This document shows positions 18,676 through 27,335 of a stretch of 60,746 nt of DNA, piece by piece. How positions within the stretch are numbered: position 1 is the first letter of the stretch; every line of letters begins with the position of its first letter. The position numbers and the translations under genes were made by a program. The stretch covers positions 1-60,746 of the forward strand of contig JAZOVD010000041.1 of assembly GCA_045658525.1 (NCBI GenBank), given 5' to 3'. The notes under the pieces are model-generated. The model worked only from the letters and a program-made list of their open reading frames with translations, had not been told where the DNA came from and did not search any database. The DNA comes from Eubacteriales bacterium. GTDB lineage: Bacteria > Bacillota > Clostridia > Oscillospirales > CAG-272.

Positions 18676-19302
18676 ATGATAAATATTCTGTATTCGGATA
18701 AAAGCATTATAGTATGTGAAAAGCCGGCGGGCGTTCTTTCGCAGAACGACGCTAAGGGCGAAAAGGGACTCACTGAGCTTCTCGTACCGTATTCGGAAAC
18801 GGGACAGGTCTATCCTGTGCATAGGCTTGACAGACCCGTTGGCGGAGTTATGGTCTATGCCTGCGACAAGGAAAGCTGTGCTAAACTCTCGGCTGGATGC
18901 GCGATCGACAAAACGTATCTTACGCTTGTAAGCGGTTGTCCCGAGAGAGAAAAGGGTGAGCTTTTCGACTACATCTATAAGGACGGCGCGAAGAACAAAA
19001 GCTTTGTAGCTTCAAAGGAGCGTAAGGGTGTAAAGGACGCGCGTCTTTTGTACGAGGTCGTTGACAGAGACGAGGAGCGTGACGTTACGCTCGTTAAGGT
19101 CCGTCTGATAACGGGAAGAACGCATCAGATACGCGTTCAGTTCTCCTCGCGTGGAATGCCCGTCGTCGGTGACGGCAAATACGGTAGCCGCATAAAGGAC
19201 GAATTTATCGCTCTCTGGTCACACCGCATCTCGTTCGTTCACCCCAAAACAGGGGATATTGTGGAGTTTGATAGTTTTCCCTACTTTCTTGAAAGAAAGT
19301 AG
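18676..19302 (+). CDS. RluA-family pseudouridine synthase (short form)
   Basis: Motifs HRLDRPVGGVMVYA and GRTHQIRVQFS. The last 7 codons and the stop lie inside the repeat palindrome. Confidence 0.85.
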   Translation: MINILYSDKSIIVCEKPAGVLSQNDAKGEKGLTELLVPYSETGQVYPVHRLDRPVGGVMVYACDKESCAKLSAGCAIDKTYLTLVSGCPEREKGELFDYIYKDGAKNKSFVASKERKGVKDARLLYEVVDRDEERDVTLVKVRLITGRTHQIRVQFSSRGMPVVGDGKYGSRIKDEFIALWSHRISFVHPKTGDIVEFDSFPYFLERK

Positions 19303-19545
19303 GCAGAGAACTTCTCTCACACGCCACCGTGATACGATAGCGTGTGAGAGAAACATTTGATTATTTTGCTTCGCAAAAAGGCAAGAAAAACAATCAATAT
19401 TTCACTAAACCATATCTCTATGTGAACCCCTCGGAAGTGAAAAACTGTTCAAGGGTGAAGCAAGAGTTTGACTGTAAGTTTCTTTCTTTTTCTTTGCTTC
19501 GTTTCTTTTTCTTTCTTTACAAAGAAGGAAAAAGAAATGAAGAAA
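19280..19545 (+). repeat. Intergenic hairpin repeat, long form (core plus pyrimidine-rich module), upstream flank of argF
   Basis: CTACTTTCTTGAAAGAAAGTAG, CTTCTCTCACACGC..GCGTGTGAGAGAA, TTTTGCTTCGCAAAAAG, then TTTCTTTCTTTTTCTTTGCTTCGTTTC..ACAAAGAAGGAAAAAGAAA. Closely matches 20598-20885. Confidence 0.88.
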
Positions 19546-19568
19546 TAAATATTCAAGAGGTACAAAAA

Positions 19569-20555
19569 ATGAATCTTAAAGGCAGAAATTTTCTTAAACT
19601 TATCGACTATACTCCGAAGGAGATAGAATATCTTATCGATCTTGCCGCCGATTTTAAACGCAGAAAGAAAGCGGGCGAGGTATGCTGTGATATGTTCAGA
19701 GGCAAGAACATAGCGCTTATTTTCGAGAAAACGAGTACCCGTACCCGTTGCAGCTTCGAGGTTGCGGCGCACGACCTTGGCATAGCGGTTACATATCTCG
19801 ATCCCACAGGCTCGCAGATAGGTAAAAAGGAGAGTATTGCGGATACCGCGAGAGTTCTCGGTCGTCTTTACGACGGTATAGAGTACCGCGGATACGGTCA
19901 GAACATCGTTGAGGAGCTTGCCAAGCACGCAGGTGTTCCCGTTTGGAACGGACTTACGAACGAGTTCCATCCCACGCAGATACTTGCGGATTTCCTCACG
20001 ATACGTGAGCATTTCGGTAAGCTTAAAGGTATAAACTTTGTTTATATGGGTGACGCGAGATACAATATGGGTAACTCGCTTATGGTCGGTTGCGCGAAGA
20101 TGGGTCTTAACTTCACCGCTTGCGCGCCGAAGAAGTATTTCCCCGATAAGGCGCTTATAGAGCAGTGTGAGGAGTATGCCAAGGAGTCGGGCGCGACGCT
20201 TCGTTTCATAGAAGACCCCGCCGAGGCGGTAAAGAACGCCGACGTTATCTACACCGACGTATGGGTATCTATGGGCGAGCCTGCCGAGGTATGGGCGGAG
20301 CGTATAAAGGAGCTTTCACCTTATCAGGTAAACTCGGCTCTTATGAAAAAAGCCGGAGACGGTGCGGTGTTTATGCACTGCCTGCCCGCGTTCCACGACC
20401 TCAAAACCACGACAGGCGAGGAGATATTCAAGAAGTTCGGCATAACCGAGATGGAGGTTACAGACGAGGTCTTTGAAAGTCCCGCATCGATAGTCTTTGA
20501 CGAGGCAGAGAACCGTATGCACACTATTAAAGCGGTAATAGCGGCAACGATATAA
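19569..20555 (+). CDS. argF: Ornithine carbamoyltransferase
   Basis: Motifs [21 protein letters not shown] and HCLPAFH. Start at [11 protein letters not shown]. The 403-aa track ORF extends spuriously through the upstream repeat. Confidence 0.93.
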   Translation: MNLKGRNFLKLIDYTPKEIEYLIDLAADFKRRKKAGEVCCDMFRGKNIALIFEKTSTRTRCSFEVAAHDLGIAVTYLDPTGSQIGKKESIADTARVLGRLYDGIEYRGYGQNIVEELAKHAGVPVWNGLTNEFHPTQILADFLTIREHFGKLKGINFVYMGDARYNMGNSLMVGCAKMGLNFTACAPKKYFPDKALIEQCEEYAKESGATLRFIEDPAEAVKNADVIYTDVWVSMGEPAEVWAERIKELSPYQVNSALMKKAGDGAVFMHCLPAFHDLKTTTGEEIFKKFGITEMEVTDEVFESPASIVFDEAENRMHTIKAVIAATI

Positions 20556-20564
20556 CAGTATATA

Positions 20565-20590
20565 AAAAACGCCCCTTGGGGCGTTTTTTG
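20565..20590 (+). terminator. Rho-independent terminator of argF
   Basis: AAAAAACGCCCC-tt-GGGGCGTTTTTTG. Confidence 0.85.
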
Positions 20591-20597
20591 TTATCTA

Positions 20598-20885
20598 CCT
20601 ACTTTCTTGAAAGAAAGTAGGCAAAGAACTTTTCTCACACGCTACCGTGATACGATAGCGTGTGAGAAAAGTGTTTGTTAATTTGCTTCGCAAAAAGAAG
20701 AAAAAACATCAATATTCCACAAAACACCGTATTCCGATATTTCACTAAACCACATCTCTATGTGAACTCCTCGGAAGTGAAAACTGTTTACGGTGGCAAT
20801 AAAAGTACGACTGTAAGTTTCTTTCTTTTTCTTTGCTTCGTTTCTTTTTCTTTCTTTACAAAGAAGGAAAAAGAAACGAAGATAA
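20598..20885 (+). repeat. Intergenic hairpin repeat, long form, downstream flank of argF
   Basis: Same module order as 19280-19545, including an identical stem loop CCGTGATACGATAGC. Confidence 0.88.
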
Positions 20886-20996
20886 AAGGATAATGAAAAT
20901 AAATTATATTAAAAGAAATTCCGTTGTATCACAACTATAATAATCGGCATATTATGTAACGAATGGGAGAAAATTTCCCCGAAAGGAGCGTTTTAT

Positions 20997-21254
20997 ATGC
21001 CGAAAAATACATTAAAGGACCGCATTTCGTCTTTGAGTGACAACGAGCTGAAAACGGTCATACTTACAGTCGCGCGGGCGGCAGGTCTCAGCGCGGAGAA
21101 AAGCGCGGAGCTTGTTTCGGACATTCCAAAGCTCAGACGCGTGCTTGTTCAGGCGGACGACGCGCAGTTATCCGCGTTTCTTTCAGCCATAGGCAGACAG
21201 TCGGGCGGTAAGACCGACGTTTCCTCGCTTCTCGGAAGCCTCGGCAAAGAGTAA
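20997..21254 (+). CDS. Hypothetical protein (85 aa)
   Basis: GAAAGGAG RBS. Predicted helical and soluble. No family recognised. Confidence 0.65.
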   Translation: MPKNTLKDRISSLSDNELKTVILTVARAAGLSAEKSAELVSDIPKLRRVLVQADDAQLSAFLSAIGRQSGGKTDVSSLLGSLGKE

Positions 21255-21268
21255 AGGAGGTATAGCTT

Positions 21269-21676
21269 ATGGGTGAGTCTTCCTTTGATCTCGGTTCGCT
21301 CATTTCCGCGTTGAGCGAAGATCCAAAGACGCTTTCCGCTATTGCGGGCTTGATGGACTCCCTCAAAACGCCTAAAAAGCAAACGGAAAGGCAGGTGGAC
21401 GATAACGCGTTCCCCGAAGCCGATAAGCTTAAAGGGCTTCTTGGAATGCTCACGCAGGGCGGTAACGCTTTGCCGCCGAAAAGCCGTCAGACTTCCCCCC
21501 TTGCGCGTCTTTTTGGAAGCAAGGAGGAGGTGCGTTGCAGGATAGCGCTTCTCAGCGCGCTTAAACCGTATCTAAGCGAAAGCAGATGCGAAAAGCTTGA
21601 TACGGTCATAAAGCTTTTAAAGCTCTCCGAGCTTGGCGAGCTTTCTCAGCTTACGGGGCTTTTTGACAGGCTTTGA
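21269..21676 (+). CDS. Hypothetical protein (135 aa)
   Basis: AAAGGAGG RBS. Starts 14 nt after the preceding gene. C-terminal motif RIALLSALKPYLSESRCEKLDTVIKLLKLSEL. Confidence 0.65.
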   Translation: MGESSFDLGSLISALSEDPKTLSAIAGLMDSLKTPKKQTERQVDDNAFPEADKLKGLLGMLTQGGNALPPKSRQTSPLARLFGSKEEVRCRIALLSALKPYLSESRCEKLDTVIKLLKLSELGELSQLTGLFDRL

Positions 21677-21709
21677 AATATTATTACAGATGATGAAAGG
21701 CGTGATGTA

Positions 21710-22168
21710 TTGTACACAAGAAATTACAGACAGATAAATAACAGACCTGAAATACCGCTTGCGTCCGCCGAGGAGGTAAGCGAGCAGACCGTTGAGCGGC
21801 TCGAAGTCGAAACAGAAATTCCCCCGGGTTACAGCGGAACGGCGCTTCTTCGTGATAGAGACGATGAGAGCGAAGCCGATAATGTACCGGTCGAAGCTGA
21901 GCCTCAAAGGGAGGTGCGGCGCGTCAGAAGATATAAGCTGGCGCGCGACATAAAACACTCCGAAATGTGCGCCGACGAGCAAAAAAAAGAACCCCAAAAC
22001 GAGTGTTTGGAGTTTAAAGAGGCTGCTCCCGTCAAGCCGTGTTTGAGGGAACGTATATTTTCGATAGAGGATATGCTGCTTTCCGCGCTTATCGTTCTTC
22101 TGCTCAGCGAGGGCGCGGACGATATGACCGTTCTTATTCTCGGCTTTTTGCTGATTTCGGAGTTATGA
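21710..22168 (+). CDS. Hypothetical protein with a C-terminal hydrophobic tail (152 aa, TTG start)
   Basis: TTG at 21710 is the only in-frame start after the stop at 21674, with a GAAAGG RBS 9 nt upstream. C-terminus MLLSALIVLLLSEGADDMTVLILGFLLISEL. Confidence 0.55.
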   Translation: MYTRNYRQINNRPEIPLASAEEVSEQTVERLEVETEIPPGYSGTALLRDRDDESEADNVPVEAEPQREVRRVRRYKLARDIKHSEMCADEQKKEPQNECLEFKEAAPVKPCLRERIFSIEDMLLSALIVLLLSEGADDMTVLILGFLLISEL

Positions 22169-22170
22169 TT

Positions 22171-22430
22171 TTCTCTTCTTTCTTGGAAATGAAAGTGATT
22201 GTCCTGCGGACAATTGCAAAGAACTTCTCTCACACGCCCACTTGGTATGAGCGTGTGAGAGAAAGCATTTGTTAATTTGCTTCGCAAAAAGTGGGAGAAA
22301 TCTCGCAAACGATAATGTTTACGTCATAAAAGCGTTTGAAGGGGACGGGATCCCCAAGGGGTGGGGAGGATCGCAACTCCCCGCCCTTGGGTCGTCCTTT
22401 GGTTACTTTCCCACGATCGGGAAAGTAACG
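22171..22430 (+). repeat. Intergenic hairpin repeat (variant core 22171-22292) followed by GC-rich hairpin modules
   Basis: CTTCTCTCACACGC..GCGTGTGAGAGAAAG, TTTGTTAATTTGCTTCGCAAAAAG, then GGGGACGGGATCCCC / GGGGAGG..CCCCGCCC / TTACTTTCCC..GGGAAAGTAA hairpins. Confidence 0.8.
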
Positions 22431-22451
22431 TAAAAAGAAATTTTAAATAAA

Positions 22452-23063
22452 TTAAGGGTTGGTATTTGTAGTAGTATTAGGAGGTATCTTAGTTGCCTTC
22501 AACGCCTCGTAGAAATTAGCTCTCGCGACCTGATGGTACGGCTCTACGAATAAAACTCCTATTCCGAGGCAGAGTGCGCCGACTATATACCAACCTATAA
22601 AGCTGAGGTCGAGGCAGAAAAGCTGCCACTTGTGACCCTCCATCCAGCTGATGCTCTCGTTAAGGCAGAATTTCCAGTCCTTGTTGGGCTGATCCTGCTG
22701 AATGTAGGACGCCATAGCGTAGGAATAGGACTTGATTATTCCCGGTATGATAAACAGAAGTGACCAAAGAGCGGTGAACACAGCTTGAAGAAGTCCAAGC
22801 AGGAGCGTGTTGGTGAAATCCTCGGTAAATCCCTTAAAAAGGTCCGCTATATCTATTTTCGTTTTTCCGCATACGAGCTGAGTTGTAACTCTTGTAAGAC
22901 CGTATGCCATAGGTCCTACCAGAATTATTGATACTGTGCCGGCAAAATTCAGTATTGCTGAATTTACTATGCAGACGGCAAGCACCATAAGCCAAACGTT
23001 AGCGAAAATGTTTCCGCCGAGCTGAGTTCTCGCGTTGGTTCTTAAAACGTGATTTTCTACCAT
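22452..23063 (-). CDS. DUF975-family integral membrane protein
   Basis: 203 aa. N-terminus ARTQLGGNIFANVWLMVLAVCIVNSAI and multiple TM segments. Start lies 2 nt after the stop of the upstream gene. Confidence 0.65.
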   Translation of the reverse strand: MVENHVLRTNARTQLGGNIFANVWLMVLAVCIVNSAILNFAGTVSIILVGPMAYGLTRVTTQLVCGKTKIDIADLFKGFTEDFTNTLLLGLLQAVFTALWSLLFIIPGIIKSYSYAMASYIQQDQPNKDWKFCLNESISWMEGHKWQLFCLDLSFIGWYIVGALCLGIGVLFVEPYHQVARANFYEALKATKIPPNTTTNTNP

Positions 23064-23065
23064 AA

Positions 23066-24535
23066 TTATTCCCTTCTTTCTGTTAGCTTGAAGCCCTCGG
23101 CTTTGAGAAGCCTTACCTCGTCCTTTTTGAAAAGCTTTATCATTGCCATCATATGAGTTACAAATATATAGGTAACGTTTATTTTGGGCAGAATATCGAG
23201 TATAGCCTTCATTCCCTCCGCGCCCTCGCGGTAAGCGGTCGTCTGGAAGCTCTCGTTGAGCAGTACGAGCGAGTAGGGGGTAAGCTCATCTATTATTTTC
23301 GCTATGTCGATGACCTCGCCCTCAAAGCGTCCCGCGGCATCACCGACGGTGAAATCCTTTTCAGCTGACGAGAAATGCGTGAATATTCCGCTTCTTACGC
23401 TCAGGGTCATCTCGTCGGCGCAAACGAAAAGTCCGTTTTGCGCGAACAGCACCGCTAAGCCCACAGAACGCAAAAACGACGTTTTTCCGCAGTTGTTGTC
23501 ACCCATAGCCAGTATGCCGCGTTTGTCGCAGCTAAGGTCGTTGGTGATTATATTTTTTGAGTCCTTGCCCTCAGAAAGCAGAAGCAGGTCGTACATACCG
23601 CGAGCCTCAAAGCAAAGCTCCTCTTTTTCCTTTACCGTCGGGAAAACGTATCTCATACCTGCTTCCGTCAGCTTTTTGGCTATCTCACAGGCAACAGTGT
23701 AAAAGCGAAGCTCCTCGCCTATACCGTAGAAAACGGAATATATTCCGCAGGCTATGTCGGAAAACAGAGCGGAAAGCTCCGAAAGCGCGGCGTTTACGAC
23801 GGAAGCGGCGTTATCGGCGGCGGACGAGCCTACGTTTATTTCTTTTCGCGTGTTCTTTCGTTTGAAGATCGAGCGCAGAGACTTGTTTTCCTTTTGAGTG
23901 GTGTCGGTCATCTCGGAAACGGCAGAGCCGACTGCGCGCATTGCTTCGTTTAAAACGCAGTCAACGGTGAATACGTAGTTGTCGGGAGATTCGCTTCTGA
24001 AACGCTCAGCCGCCTTTTCGACCTCCTCGATACACTTGCTCTCTTTCATAGAAACGCAGAAGTCTTTCATTTTAAGTAAGCCCTCTGACGTGACCCCGAA
24101 CTCGGAAAACAGCTCGTGTGTCTCCGAAAAGCAAGCGATAACGCTACGGGCAAAGTGAGCGTTTATATATAATTCCTCGTAGGTGCAGTCAAGCATTCCC
24201 GCGTCGCCTGACGGAACTCCGTAACGGAATATCTCCTTTGTCATCTCATCGGTTTCCGAACGGAGATTGTCGTAGCTCCTGAAAAGCTGTGTAAGAGATG
24301 AAAGAAGCTTCGGAAATCGTATGAAATCCGCAAGTATCGCGCTTCTGTATGACGCGTCGTCGGGGGTGTCGGGTAATGCGGAGAGTACGGAGAGGAAGTA
24401 TTCCGTGCTCTTGCGGTCAGCGCAAGCGTTTTCCGCCATTCTGTCAACGTTAAGATCGTATATGGCTCTCGATACCGACGCTTTTTTTGTATGCGGTGTC
24501 GAGTTTTTATATATAAGACTTATTCTGTCCTGCAT
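23066..24535 (-). CDS. MutS-related ATPase, paralog B (domain V only; no mismatch-binding or Smr domain)
   Basis: Walker A GDNNCGKTSFLRSVG, LLNESFQTT in the Walker B position, and VTH. Start moved to MQDRISL (ATG 24535), which has an AAAGGAGAA RBS. Confidence 0.8.
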   Translation of the reverse strand: MQDRISLIYKNSTPHTKKASVSRAIYDLNVDRMAENACADRKSTEYFLSVLSALPDTPDDASYRSAILADFIRFPKLLSSLTQLFRSYDNLRSETDEMTKEIFRYGVPSGDAGMLDCTYEELYINAHFARSVIACFSETHELFSEFGVTSEGLLKMKDFCVSMKESKCIEEVEKAAERFRSESPDNYVFTVDCVLNEAMRAVGSAVSEMTDTTQKENKSLRSIFKRKNTRKEINVGSSAADNAASVVNAALSELSALFSDIACGIYSVFYGIGEELRFYTVACEIAKKLTEAGMRYVFPTVKEKEELCFEARGMYDLLLLSEGKDSKNIITNDLSCDKRGILAMGDNNCGKTSFLRSVGLAVLFAQNGLFVCADEMTLSVRSGIFTHFSSAEKDFTVGDAAGRFEGEVIDIAKIIDELTPYSLVLLNESFQTTAYREGAEGMKAILDILPKINVTYIFVTHMMAMIKLFKKDEVRLLKAEGFKLTERRE

Positions 24536-24557
24536 CCGTTTTCTCCTTTCGTTAAGA

Positions 24558-26003
24558 TCAGATTCCGAATCTGTCACTCAGCGCTTCCTTTGTAAGACCG
24601 TACTTTTCAAGAATGTCGGCAGCAAAGGATCTTGGCGGCAGACGGCGTTTTTCGATCCTGTAAGTGCGTTTGTTGCCGTCAAGAGCGTCGATGACGACAC
24701 CCAGAAACGGTATTTTGCTTTCTCCTACCTCGTGCTGGTGGGTTATATACAGACCGAAGCTTCCGCTTTTGTTGAGCTTATCGGCAAGCTCCGAGGTGTA
24801 TTCGAGTGCTTTTTCCTCGCCAGTGGTAGCATAAGTTTCGTTTAAAAGTATAAGCGAGCTTCCGTTTTCGCGTTCAAGTATCTTGTTTACACGCGCGATC
24901 TCGTCAAAAAATCTTCCCGAGCCTTCAAAACGCTCGTCTCTCGGGAAATGAGTGAATACCGAGTCGAATATATAACATTCTCCGCCGTCGCAAACCACAG
25001 GCGCGCCTGCCAAGAACAGCAGTACGGCACAGCCTACGGCACGGAGATAGGTGGTTTTTCCGCCTCCGTTAGCTCCCGTAAGATAGAAAAACGGGTTCTC
25101 TGTGTCGAACGTGACGTCGTTTGGAACTATGTTTTTACATTCCTTTGCCATAAGGGTAAAGTCGTAAACGTTTTTTAAGGCGATCTTTTTTTCTTTTGAC
25201 ACCTTTGGAAGCGAGAGCGGAAGCCCGTAGGACTTGACCTTTTGGCAAAATTCGAGTATTCCGCAGATAAATTCAAGCTCCTCTATATATTCAAAAACCT
25301 CTCCGTTTACGATAGTTCTGTTTTCGCGGTAGAACTCGCACGCAGGCTCGAATACCTCGGGCATAAGCTTTGCAAGAGCATCCGGAATGCTCGCGCGAAG
25401 CTCTATTTCCGTTTTGGGGTGCGACGTAAGCGGTATTCCAAGCTCGTCGGCACAGGCGTGGAGCGAGGTGGATATTCCGTTTTCAAGCGGAAGCGAGACC
25501 GTTATCTCGTCTCCCGTTACCTTTAACGAGATGCTTTTGACGCTTGAAAGCGCGTTCGTTATATCGCCCAGACCTTCGGAAGCCGCAATGAACCGAGGAC
25601 TTGATATTACCTCGGAAAAGGTCTCGGAAAAGCGTTTGAACAGCTTTCCGTAGCTTGGCAATGCGGCGGCTGAGCGGCAAAATTCCGAATAGTGCCTGAA
25701 AAGAGAGGAAAAAATGAACGCTTCCGCCTTTTCACCGCTTGCGCGGTTGAGCGCGCGGTAAAGGTCGCAGGCGGTTTTAAGTTCTTTTAAAAGAGCGGAG
25801 ACCGTCTGAAACGCTCCGTCGTCGGAGAGCATAGCCGAAAACATCTCGCTTCTCAAAGCGACTGTCTCCGCTTCCGGTCTGCAAAGAAGCATACGGCAGA
25901 CCTCGGGAGCGAGCACCAGCTCCAGCTTCAAGTCCTCCGCCAGAGTCTCGTCCATACATAATGGCGTTTTTTCTTTTGCGAAAATAAGCGGTAGATAGGT
26001 CAT
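24558..26003 (-). CDS. MutS-related ATPase, paralog A (domain V only)
   Basis: Walker A TGANGGGKTTYLRAVG, LLNETYATT and ITHQHE. 481 aa, compared with about 850 aa for canonical MutS. Confidence 0.8.
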   Translation of the reverse strand: MTYLPLIFAKEKTPLCMDETLAEDLKLELVLAPEVCRMLLCRPEAETVALRSEMFSAMLSDDGAFQTVSALLKELKTACDLYRALNRASGEKAEAFIFSSLFRHYSEFCRSAAALPSYGKLFKRFSETFSEVISSPRFIAASEGLGDITNALSSVKSISLKVTGDEITVSLPLENGISTSLHACADELGIPLTSHPKTEIELRASIPDALAKLMPEVFEPACEFYRENRTIVNGEVFEYIEELEFICGILEFCQKVKSYGLPLSLPKVSKEKKIALKNVYDFTLMAKECKNIVPNDVTFDTENPFFYLTGANGGGKTTYLRAVGCAVLLFLAGAPVVCDGGECYIFDSVFTHFPRDERFEGSGRFFDEIARVNKILERENGSSLILLNETYATTGEEKALEYTSELADKLNKSGSFGLYITHQHEVGESKIPFLGVVIDALDGNKRTYRIEKRRLPPRSFAADILEKYGLTKEALSDRFGI

Positions 26004-26027
26004 ATCTTTCCTTTCGATAAGTGGTTT

Positions 26028-27335
26028 TTAGTGCTTTTTTGAGAGGAACGCGAACAGGCTCTTTCCCTTATAGAGAGCGAATGCCTTGTACAGCTTGCCC
26101 GCGAGCATACTGATAAGAAACGCTGAAAGCGCGGTTATGATAAGCGACACGAGCGCGCCAAACGGGTTAATATCTCCGAGAAGCACCTTGCCGGGAACGG
26201 TGAGTATAGCGGTGAACGGTATATAATCAAGGAACGCGGGTGAGGTCTTTGCGCCGGTGTACAGGGGGGTGGTGAATATCGTTACGCAGAAGCTTATCGC
26301 AAGCACGAGGGCAAAGATCATGTTGTTTGAGGAAAGATCCTCCGCTTTTTCGGAGACCGCGCCGCCGACAGCAGCAAGTGAGCAGTAAAGAACGAATCCA
26401 ACGCAGGCAAACAGTATTGCAATGACGATGCCGTAGATCGAGAACATACCGCTCATTTCGCCTATCATATCAAAGAAGCGTATCAGTCCCATATCGGTAT
26501 CGGGAGAAAAGCCCTTTACTATTTGTATTCCGCTTACAAATCCAAGAGCGAGTGAGATCACCCATATAGCGAACTGCATAAGACCCGCAAGCGATATAGC
26601 GAGCATTTTTCCAAACACCATATCCGTTGGCTTTACCGACACAAGGAAAGTATCCATAAGCTTGGAGCTTTTTTCAACTATTACGCCCGTCGCTACGCCC
26701 TGACCGTAGAACGCCAGCATAAAGTACAGTACCATTATATAAATAAGCGGCAGCGCCATTGATATTATCTGTTTGGTAAGCTCAAGCGGGTCCTCCTCCG
26801 GTACCTGACCGTCGGGGATTATGACCTCGGTGGGTCTCATAAGCTCGACGAGCTGTTCGGGGGTAAGCCCTGATTTCAGGAGCAGGATAGTCCTCATATT
26901 AGCGTCTATGAACGCGGCAAGCGTGTCAGCGTCGTCCGAGGTCAGGGAAGAGCCGTTTGGCATAAGTATTTCGGCAAGATAACCCGTTTCGTCCTTGTCA
27001 AGGATCAATATCAGCGACTCGGGGTCGTTTTCAGAGCTTGCTTTTGCGCTTTCAAATGAGTCCTCGGTCTTGAAAACGACGTGAGAAAATTCACTCTGTG
27101 CGCAGATCAGCGAAAGATCGACCGCTTCACCGCCGGAAATATCGCAGAAAAAGACGGTCTTTACGTTATAGCTTTCGATCGGCTCTGAGTCTGATGACAC
27201 AGCCTCGACTATTGGAATTATCGCGGTCGGAGCGGCGAAAAAGATCAAGGCAAGTATCACGGTAAGCGCGATAAACCGTTTGCTTTTCGCGTACTGCCGA
27301 AAGGTGAACGCGAATATGTTTTTGAAATTTTTCAT
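26028..27335 (-). CDS. ABC-2 type (NatB-like) transporter permease
   Basis: 435 aa. One N-terminal TM segment, an extracytoplasmic domain of about 150 aa, then 5 C-terminal TM segments. ATGA overlap with the upstream gene. Confidence 0.7.
   Translation of the reverse strand: MKNFKNIFAFTFRQYAKSKRFIALTVILALIFFAAPTAIIPIVEAVSSDSEPIESYNVKTVFFCDISGGEAVDLSLICAQSEFSHVVFKTEDSFESAKASSENDPESLILILDKDETGYLAEILMPNGSSLTSDDADTLAAFIDANMRTILLLKSGLTPEQLVELMRPTEVIIPDGQVPEEDPLELTKQIISMALPLIYIMVLYFMLAFYGQGVATGVIVEKSSKLMDTFLVSVKPTDMVFGKMLAISLAGLMQFAIWVISLALGFVSGIQIVKGFSPDTDMGLIRFFDMIGEMSGMFSIYGIVIAILFACVGFVLYCSLAAVGGAVSEKAEDLSSNNMIFALVLAISFCVTIFTTPLYTGAKTSPAFLDYIPFTAILTVPGKVLLGDINPFGALVSLIITALSAFLISMLAGKLYKAFALYKGKSLFAFLSKKH

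Noticed and set aside
19344-19568. N-terminal 75-aa extension of argF in the ORF track (403-aa version).
   Set aside because: The extension is translated straight through the intergenic repeat, giving low-complexity [14 protein letters not shown]. The conserved OTCase sequence begins at [11 protein letters not shown] (19569), which has its own RBS.
24536-24577. Upstream start (24577) for MutS-like paralog B, overlapping paralog A by 20 nt.
   Set aside because: The ATG at 24535 is preceded by a strong AAAGGAGAA RBS at optimal spacing and removes the overlap. The upstream start cannot be excluded without N-terminal data.
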